DNA of 64,000 nucleotides, from contig OZ244650.1 in assembly GCA_965218785.1 (NCBI GenBank), positions 1,856,001 through 1,920,000 of the forward strand, given 5' to 3'. Below are positions 57,606 through 64,000 of the stretch, one piece after another. The first letter of the stretch is position 1. Every line of letters begins with the position of its first letter. The notes under the pieces were generated by a model. That model made no database searches and had not been told where the DNA came from. It worked only from the letters and a program-made list of their open reading frames with translations. A program made the position numbers and the translations under genes. The DNA comes from Nitrosopumilus sp. (lineage in GTDB: Archaea; Thermoproteota; Nitrososphaeria; Nitrososphaerales; Nitrosopumilaceae).

Positions 57606-58619
57606 ATGGCAGAAGAAAAAGAGAAGAAGAAAGTAGTGGCGCTACTCTCAGGCGGTCTTGACAGCCAGCTTGCAGTAAGAATGATGCAGGAACAGGGTTT
57701 TGATGTATCGGCTGTTGCAATAAAGACCCCCTTTTGTGATTTTGATTGTGGCAGGGGATGCGGATTTGAGATCAGGGAGAGGGCCGATGATCTTAATGTA
57801 AATCTAAAGACTGTTTATCTTGGTGATGAGTATATCGAGATGTTAAAGCATCCCAAACACGGAATTGGCGCGGGTTTTAATCCGTGCATTGACTGCCGTG
57901 CCATGATGTTTGATGCTGCAAAAAAACACATGAAGGAGATTGGCGCGGAATTTATTATTTCAGGAGAAGTGCTAGGCCAGCGTCCGATGAGTCAGCACGG
58001 ACCGGCGTTGAGGATCATTGAAAAAGAATCGGATCTGGTTGGAAAGATTGTAAGACCGTTATCTGCCGCACTGCTGCCGGTAACAGACCCCGAGAGGGAC
58101 GGGCTGATCAAAAGGGAGAACCTGGGAATGATCAGGGGCAGAACCAGAAGGGGCCAGCTACAGATGGCAAAAGAGTACGGCATTGAAAATCCGCCCAATG
58201 CCGGGGGAGGATGTCTGTTAACAGAGCCACAGTTTGGAGTCAAGGCAAAGGATCTGTTTGGACACACCGAGACTCCGACGATCAACGATGTTGATCTGTT
58301 AAAGATTGGCAGACATTTCAGATTGGATGAGGAGACAAAGTTTGTAGTCGGAAGAAACAAAGACGAGAACGAGATGATCAAGGCAATAGCGCTGCCAGGT
58401 GATATATTACTTGAGGCCAGGGATTACATGGGACCGGTTTCAATTCTGCGCGGCAAGAACGCAGAGACACATGTAGGATTTGCATCATCTGTGACACTAA
58501 GATATTCAGACGCTCCAAAGGACCGACCCGGAACCGTTCTAACAAGAGATGGCAGTACATCTGAGGAAATAAGCATTCAGAACGCATCAGAAGAGTCCTA
58601 CATTAAATTTAGAATTTAG
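57606..58619 (+). CDS. PP-loop tRNA thiolase-like protein (ThiI/MnmA-like) with a DUF814/NFACT-R C-terminus
   Basis: LLSGGLDS, NPCIDCR, GEVLGQRPMSQ, AGGGCLLT, GRHFR...VGRN..EN. Confidence 0.85.
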   Translation: MAEEKEKKKVVALLSGGLDSQLAVRMMQEQGFDVSAVAIKTPFCDFDCGRGCGFEIRERADDLNVNLKTVYLGDEYIEMLKHPKHGIGAGFNPCIDCRAMMFDAAKKHMKEIGAEFIISGEVLGQRPMSQHGPALRIIEKESDLVGKIVRPLSAALLPVTDPERDGLIKRENLGMIRGRTRRGQLQMAKEYGIENPPNAGGGCLLTEPQFGVKAKDLFGHTETPTINDVDLLKIGRHFRLDEETKFVVGRNKDENEMIKAIALPGDILLEARDYMGPVSILRGKNAETHVGFASSVTLRYSDAPKDRPGTVLTRDGSTSEEISIQNASEESYIKFRI

Positions 58620-58692
58620 GCGTGAAATTTTTTAAAAATTAGTTGGAGCTAGGGAAGAGTTTTTGAGCAAGTAGATATCATTTTCATCAAGG

Positions 58693-58971
58693 ATGCAAAA
58701 ACAGGAAAACCCAACATATCTGAAGGCCATAACAATCAGGGATATCAGCGATGTTCACTCCATCAAGGAGGACATCAAGAAGGGAATGATTCTGATTCTA
58801 AGGGTGACGCCGCTTGCGCAAAAGGATGTGAATCAGCTTCGCAAGGTCGTCGAGGAGCTGTACACCATTGCAAAAACTGCCGATGCCGACATTGCAAGGC
58901 TCGGAGAGGAGAGAATCATTGTTACGCCATCAAGCATAAAAATCTGGAAGCCAGAATACGATCTAAAATAG
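58693..58971 (+). CDS. sepF: Cell division protein SepF (archaeal)
   Basis: ILILRVTPL...DIARLGEERIIVTPSSIKI. Confidence 0.85.
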   Translation: MQKQENPTYLKAITIRDISDVHSIKEDIKKGMILILRVTPLAQKDVNQLRKVVEELYTIAKTADADIARLGEERIIVTPSSIKIWKPEYDLK

Positions 58972-60903
58972 TTTTATTGCTTCTTGAACCTGCGGATAGT
59001 GTGCCGGAATTCTGTACATTCGTCTGATATTCATGGCCAGGTTTTCTGATTTTTTACGTTCGCCGTGATTGACCAGGATTCTTTTGAGTTTTGGCCGCAG
59101 TCTTTGTACAAACGACATTAGCTGGTTGTAGTCGCTGTGACCGCTAAACCCGTCCAGTTTTTCAACGCTGCAGTTGATGGTGACCACCTCGACTTTGCCC
59201 TCTCTTCCCAGCATTGATACCTGCTTGGAGCCATCAAGGACCCTTCTTCCCATGGTTCCATTAACCTGATATGAGACAAACAACACCTTGTTCTTTTTGT
59301 CCGGGGAGATATTTTTAAAGTATTCCAGAACGGGACCGCCCTCCAGCATTCCGGATGTTGCCAGGATGATACATGGCGTGTTTGCCCGCATCGGCTCCTC
59401 TCTGGCATCTGAGTGTTCGATGTTTGTAAAGTATTCCGAGTCAAACGGATTGTCATCAGTCTCCAGTATTTTTTGTTTGAGCTCCCTTGCCAGATACTCC
59501 GGATAGGATTCATGGATTGCCGATGCCTCTGAGATCATGCCTTCGGTAAACACGGGGGCCTCGATCATCTCGCCGGATTTCATATAGTGATCAATTACCA
59601 TCATGATCTCCTGTGCACGTCCGACTGCCGGGATTGGTATCAGGACTTTGCCGCCGTCAGCCAGGGTGTTGTTTACCGCGTTGATGAATGCGGATTCCAC
59701 CTCCTGTCTGCTTGGTTGAATGTCCTCTTTTAGGCCATACGTGCTTTCAATTAGCAGCGTCTCCACTCTTGGAAAGTTCCAGCTGGCTGCCTCAAAGAGG
59801 ATGCTCTTTCCAAACTTTATGTCGCCGGAATAAACAAAGTTGTGATTGCCATTGCCAATATGAAAATGACATAATGCAGAACCCAGGATGTGGCCCGCGT
59901 TTGCAAGAACCAGTTTTATGTCAGGGGAGATGTCAGTTACGGTTCCGTATGGCAGGGTGATTGTCTGTCTCATGACCTGTTTGACATCCCGGTCTGAATA
60001 AATCGGGGATCTGCCCTGGGCTGCTGCCACCTTGATTGCATCAAGCTGGATTAGATTCATCATGGGAAGTGTCGGCTCCGTACAGTAGATGGGGCCCTTG
60101 TAGCCGTATTTGCAGAGAGCCGGCAGGAATCCCGTGTGATCCAGGTGCGCGTGTCCGATTACCACCGCATCAAGTTCGTCTAGCGTCAGACTCAGGGAAT
60201 CCAGTCTAGGATACGCATCCATCGGCGAGCGTGCGCCTGGATTGATTCCGCAGTCAATTAGGATCTTGCTCTCGGGGGTGGATAACAGCATGGAGGATCT
60301 GCCCACCTGGCCGAATCCGCCAAGCGTGTAAAGGGAGACCTCGGTCCGCGGGGAGAGTCTTGGCCTGAAGATGTCATCGCCTACCTGCTTGAGCTGCTTG
60401 CTTCGCTCAGAAGAATACTGTTTTAGCGTGGAGTTGATTGTCTGAATAGTACGTGATGGTATGGTGGTAGCTTTTCTGACGCGTATCTTCCATCCTATTT
60501 TTTCTGTAATCTCGGCGTGATTGAACTCCTTTGCGTCCCTTTGCAGCAGCCACGGTCTTTTGGCCTCAATTGAAACCTCGCCTGTGGCAGTATCAAAGGT
60601 GGTTCCCTGCAGGGCCGCATCCTTTGGAACACAGTCCTTAAGAATCCGTCCCGCCTCGACTTCGGGTTTCCTGATTGATTCGTCAGTCCTTACAACGATT
60701 CTTTTTTTTATTACGTTGACCAGATTTGATATCGTCTCGTTGTTTTCCATCAGAAAGCGGGGGGTGTTTGTGTAAAGGGCAATCCGCGGTCCCTCATATT
60801 CAATTTTTGTGACGTTTGCATCCCTGGGAATACTTTGCAGTATGGTGGCCATTATATTCTGGCTAGTAGGTATGTCTTTTTGTTGTTGTTGTTTTCGTTG
60901 CAT
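58963..60903 (-). CDS. Beta-CASP ribonuclease aCPSF1/FttA (KH domains plus MBL)
   Basis: IEYEGP KH region, LGGFGQVGRS, HAHLDH, AGHILGS, GFSGHSD. Confidence 0.96.
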   Translation of the reverse strand: MQRKQQQQKDIPTSQNIMATILQSIPRDANVTKIEYEGPRIALYTNTPRFLMENNETISNLVNVIKKRIVVRTDESIRKPEVEAGRILKDCVPKDAALQGTTFDTATGEVSIEAKRPWLLQRDAKEFNHAEITEKIGWKIRVRKATTIPSRTIQTINSTLKQYSSERSKQLKQVGDDIFRPRLSPRTEVSLYTLGGFGQVGRSSMLLSTPESKILIDCGINPGARSPMDAYPRLDSLSLTLDELDAVVIGHAHLDHTGFLPALCKYGYKGPIYCTEPTLPMMNLIQLDAIKVAAAQGRSPIYSDRDVKQVMRQTITLPYGTVTDISPDIKLVLANAGHILGSALCHFHIGNGNHNFVYSGDIKFGKSILFEAASWNFPRVETLLIESTYGLKEDIQPSRQEVESAFINAVNNTLADGGKVLIPIPAVGRAQEIMMVIDHYMKSGEMIEAPVFTEGMISEASAIHESYPEYLARELKQKILETDDNPFDSEYFTNIEHSDAREEPMRANTPCIILATSGMLEGGPVLEYFKNISPDKKNKVLFVSYQVNGTMGRRVLDGSKQVSMLGREGKVEVVTINCSVEKLDGFSGHSDYNQLMSFVQRLRPKLKRILVNHGERKKSENLAMNIRRMYRIPAHYPQVQEAIKLF

Positions 60904-60910
60904 TAAATCA

Positions 60911-61552
60911 CTAAAGTTCGATGACGGCTTTCTTTTGCTCGTCAGTCAAAAGACGGAATCCGTCCTTGTCCATTACTGCGACGTTTATTCCGTCGCCAGT
61001 ACCGATATTTCTGATAATTGCGGCCTTTACTGCCCGCAGGGCGATCTTTTTTGCATCATCAACTGTAAGATCGTTCCGGTACTCCTCCTCAAGCAGACCG
61101 TATGCCACAGGTGAGCCGCTGCCGGTTGTAACATATGATTTTTCCTCGACTGAACCGAACATGTCGATGTTAAAGAGTGCCGGACCGTCTGCATCATAAC
61201 CGCCGACTAGGATGTCGGCCATGAAGGGATAGCCCCTGTTTTGATGGAATATCAAAGAGCAGAGTCGTGCAAGGGAGTGAATCGGGATTGGACTCTGTTT
61301 TTGAACCCTGTGAAGATTGGAATGATAGCGCAGGATATCAACAATGTTTTGAGCGTCTGCCACGCCTCCTGCCAGCGTCAGTCCGGCATGCAGGTCGATT
61401 TTCTGGATCTTCATCGTGTTGTTGTTTGCAATGAAATAACCGGCACTTGCCCTCATATCGGCACATAATACAATACCATCGGTGGCCTTGATACCTACAG
61501 TGGTAGTCCCGTGCAGAATTTTTTCTTCAACATTGTTCGACAAAAAATACAC
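60911..61552 (-). CDS. psmB: Proteasome beta subunit
   Basis: Propeptide ...HG|TTTVGI, GGVADAQ, TGSGS. Confidence 0.96.
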   Translation of the reverse strand: MYFLSNNVEEKILHGTTTVGIKATDGIVLCADMRASAGYFIANNNTMKIQKIDLHAGLTLAGGVADAQNIVDILRYHSNLHRVQKQSPIPIHSLARLCSLIFHQNRGYPFMADILVGGYDADGPALFNIDMFGSVEEKSYVTTGSGSPVAYGLLEEEYRNDLTVDDAKKIALRAVKAAIIRNIGTGDGINVAVMDKDGFRLLTDEQKKAVIEL

Positions 61553-61619
61553 CTATTAAGATAAGTATGTGTCATTACACCCTTTTAAATAACTTTTTGA
61601 TCCCTTGAAATAATAAATA

Positions 61620-62684
61620 ATGACAAAAAATCAGGATCGCATGCGACCTCACACCATGGAACTGCCTAGGCTCATCGAGATCGGCGAGAAGAATATCGGG
61701 AATTTCGGGAAATTTCTGGTTTCATTAAACAAGCCAAAAAAGGTCTCCCTGATATCAGGGGTCAATGTTCAAAGGGTTCTAAAAAAGAAGGTAGAGAGAT
61801 CGCTTGAATCAAAAAAAATTCAGTGTATATGGCATACGTCAGGGGACAACCAGGTAAAATCATTAAATCTGATCCAAAAGGCCGTCAAAAAAGACAGTCC
61901 GGATCTGATTGCCGGAATCGGCGGGGGCCGTTCGGTGGATACAGCAAAGATGATCTCGTATAACCTGGACAGGCCGTTTGTAAGCCTGCCGACTGCGGCC
62001 TCGCACGACGGAATGGCAAGCCCGTTTGTCTCTGTAAAGAGCGACAAGCCGCACTCAATCGTGGCCTCTGCACCGATGGGCGTCTTTGTGGATATTGACG
62101 TGATCAAAAAGGCCCCTGCCAAACTGCTGGCTAGCGGATGCGGGGATTTGATTGCAAACATCATTGCAGTAAAAGACTGGCAGCTGGGTCACAAAAAGAA
62201 GAAAGAGTACTATGGGAGGTATGCGGCGGATTTGGCATTGATGAGTGCCAAGATAGTTATGGAGAATTCGGCCAGGTTTGCAAGGAACGGGCCGGATGCA
62301 AGGGTGATCGTGGAGGGATTGATAAGTGCGGGAGTCGCCTCGTGTATTGCAGGAAGCAGCAGGCCGTGTTCGGGTGCAGAGCATCTGTTCTCACACGCAC
62401 TTGACAAGATTGCACCGGGTGTGGGACTGCACGGGGAAAAGTGCGGGATTGGATCCATAATGATGGCAAAGCTGCAGGGACAGGACTGGAAAAAGATTGC
62501 AAGGACGCTAAAGGACGTCAGGGCGCCGACTACTGCGAGGCAGATTGGTCTCAGCCCCGACGTGATAGTGGAGGCTCTGACTATTGCACAGGATCAAAGG
62601 CCGGAGAGATATACGATTTTAAAGGAGATAAGGATGACTGGAAAAAAAGCGTACAGTCTTGCTAAAAGTACAAAGGTAATTTGA
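61620..62684 (+). CDS. egsA: sn-glycerol-1-phosphate dehydrogenase
   Basis: GGGRSVD, PTAASHDG, SRPCSGAEHLFSHALD, LHGEKCG. Confidence 0.96.
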   Translation: MTKNQDRMRPHTMELPRLIEIGEKNIGNFGKFLVSLNKPKKVSLISGVNVQRVLKKKVERSLESKKIQCIWHTSGDNQVKSLNLIQKAVKKDSPDLIAGIGGGRSVDTAKMISYNLDRPFVSLPTAASHDGMASPFVSVKSDKPHSIVASAPMGVFVDIDVIKKAPAKLLASGCGDLIANIIAVKDWQLGHKKKKEYYGRYAADLALMSAKIVMENSARFARNGPDARVIVEGLISAGVASCIAGSSRPCSGAEHLFSHALDKIAPGVGLHGEKCGIGSIMMAKLQGQDWKKIARTLKDVRAPTTARQIGLSPDVIVEALTIAQDQRPERYTILKEIRMTGKKAYSLAKSTKVI

Positions 62685-63521
62685 CTAGGGCGTGGTTTGT
62701 TTTGTTTCAGGCTTTGATTCTGGTGTAGTTTGTTTTGTTTCAGACTTTGTTTCCGGTGTAGTTTGTTCTGATGTTGTTGTCGCTGTTGTTTCTGGTGTGG
62801 TTTGTTTTGTTTCAGACTTTGTTTCCGGGGTCTGTTTGTTTAGATATGTTTCAACAAAACTTAGCTTGTTTAATGTTGGAACAAATTTGAATACATCCTG
62901 TTGAATAAAGTACTTTGTTATTTGCAAACTCTCTGCACGGAAAAACTCTTCTGGAATTGCAATATCTACGTCATTGTCTTTCAGGTCAAATATGATTTTT
63001 GCATCCTCGACATCAAATCGGTTTTTAAGGATTCCATCAATTTTATCATGGGGAGAATCAAGTGATTTTATCACGTGTACATCAAAGAGGATCGTTTTGC
63101 CTGCATATCTGTGGTTGTAATCCATCTGTACCCTGCCAGAGCCAATAAAACGGATAATTCCCTTTTTGTTATCAACTTCGATTGTATCACCTACTGAAAC
63201 TTTTTCGGCATCCTCGCCTAGTTTTCTGATTGGAATCATTCTGACTTTTTTGGAGTCTCTTTGGCCAAATCCCTTATCGGGCGTGACTTCGACTGTAAGT
63301 TTGTCTCCGACAGATGTTTGTGCAAGCGCCTCGTCTAGTCCTTGTAGAACAGAAAAGGACACCTCGCCAATTGAGACCAGCTTTGGTCGATACGTGATGT
63401 GTGATTCATAAATGGAATGTTTTTTTGCTGTCTCTTCATTGGTGGTATCAAAGACCTCGTCATTATCTTTTATTTTTGCAGTATAATCCACCTGGATCAG
63501 CGAACCCTTATTGAAAGTCAA
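62685..63521 (-). CDS. Long-type archaeal FKBP peptidyl-prolyl isomerase with a Thr/Glu/Lys repeat tail
   Basis: VDYTAK...VFDTT, GLDEAL, DYNHRYAGKTILFDV. Confidence 0.92.
   Translation of the reverse strand: MTFNKGSLIQVDYTAKIKDNDEVFDTTNEETAKKHSIYESHITYRPKLVSIGEVSFSVLQGLDEALAQTSVGDKLTVEVTPDKGFGQRDSKKVRMIPIRKLGEDAEKVSVGDTIEVDNKKGIIRFIGSGRVQMDYNHRYAGKTILFDVHVIKSLDSPHDKIDGILKNRFDVEDAKIIFDLKDNDVDIAIPEEFFRAESLQITKYFIQQDVFKFVPTLNKLSFVETYLNKQTPETKSETKQTTPETTATTTSEQTTPETKSETKQTTPESKPETKQTTP
62688..62840. repeat. Coding repeats (QT(T)PE(T/S)K(S/P)ETK, about 33 bp units)
   Basis: gtttgttttgtttcag(a/g)cttt occurs three times; four (K/E)QTTP units plus one KQTP. Confidence 0.85.
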
Positions 63522-63783
63522 TGTGATCGGTCTTGAATTTCCTTATATTAAGTTAAACCTAGATGAGCTCTAATTTAGCACCGTAAATCAGAGATGAATG
63601 TTTTATCAAAATTTATCATGAGATTAGCCGTTTGGCTGGAAATAACGGGAAAACATTAAGATGAATCACAAGATATCAAATATTGTTAAAATTTCCAAGA
63701 AAGATCATTGAGAAAAAATATCCGTCAAAAAATATGTACATATCTTAGAAAATTATTTAAAGATAGAAATTCAAGTCATAAAA

Positions 63784-64000
63784 ATGACCATTTTTACTAT
63801 AGATTCAGAAAAACTATCTCCTGTGTCAGAAATTCTCTTTAAACTAGAAAAGGATTTGCAGAAACTTGTTGAAAGAAATCTCAAAGAGGTATTTGGATAC
63901 AATTTTGTAACAAGTGAATTTCAATTATCTGGGCTACGAATAGATACATTAGCTTTTGATAAAGAATCTAATTCTTTTGTAATCATAGAGTATAAACGTG
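63784..64000 (+). CDS. NucS/DUF91-like PD-(D/E)XK endonuclease domain protein, partial (runs off the window end)
   Basis: Read manually: MTIFTIDSEKLSPVSEILFKLEKDLQKLVERNL...GLRIDTLAFDKESNSFVIIEYKR; EKDLQ, RID and IIEYK motifs; AT-rich. Confidence 0.75.
   Translation, partial: MTIFTIDSEKLSPVSEILFKLEKDLQKLVERNLKEVFGYNFVTSEFQLSGLRIDTLAFDKESNSFVIIEYKR

Noticed and set aside
1-64000. tRNA, rRNA, IS elements, inteins, and the many short antisense ORFs in the track
   Set aside because: No tRNA arms, transposase or intein motifs were seen by eye; the short ORFs lie opposite or inside well-supported genes.

Overview
Archaeal chromosome segment from an ammonia-oxidising thaumarchaeon (Nitrosopumilus-like). 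This assignment rests on PEFG-CTERM and CFI-box-CTERM surface proteins, the WxKNNAGWW repeat, a split A-type ATP synthase locus flanking amt, the archaeal PoK/PPS CoA pathway, aCPSF1-psmB, egsA and SepF. Most of the window is housekeeping. I found no rRNA, tRNA, CRISPR array or IS element. Main points of interest: (1) a ~16 kb metal/copper locus (4.3-20.6 kb) in which five exported proteins, including three paralogues of an uncharacterised family, are predicted to start with His1 after signal cleavage and carry interchangeable C-terminal anchors; (2) a chimeric cupredoxin made by tandem duplication, with Glu at the axial Met position; (3) a His-rich membrane protein plus wHTH regulator pair; (4) several unannotated microproteins in and around the ATP synthase genes; (5) a solo Cas4-like protein with a degenerate nuclease site; (6) a Met/Glu-repeat DM13 surface protein and a multi-hairpin intergenic element between atpE and atpI; (7) an apparent CTG start codon. 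All family calls come from motif recognition by eye; no database searches were run.
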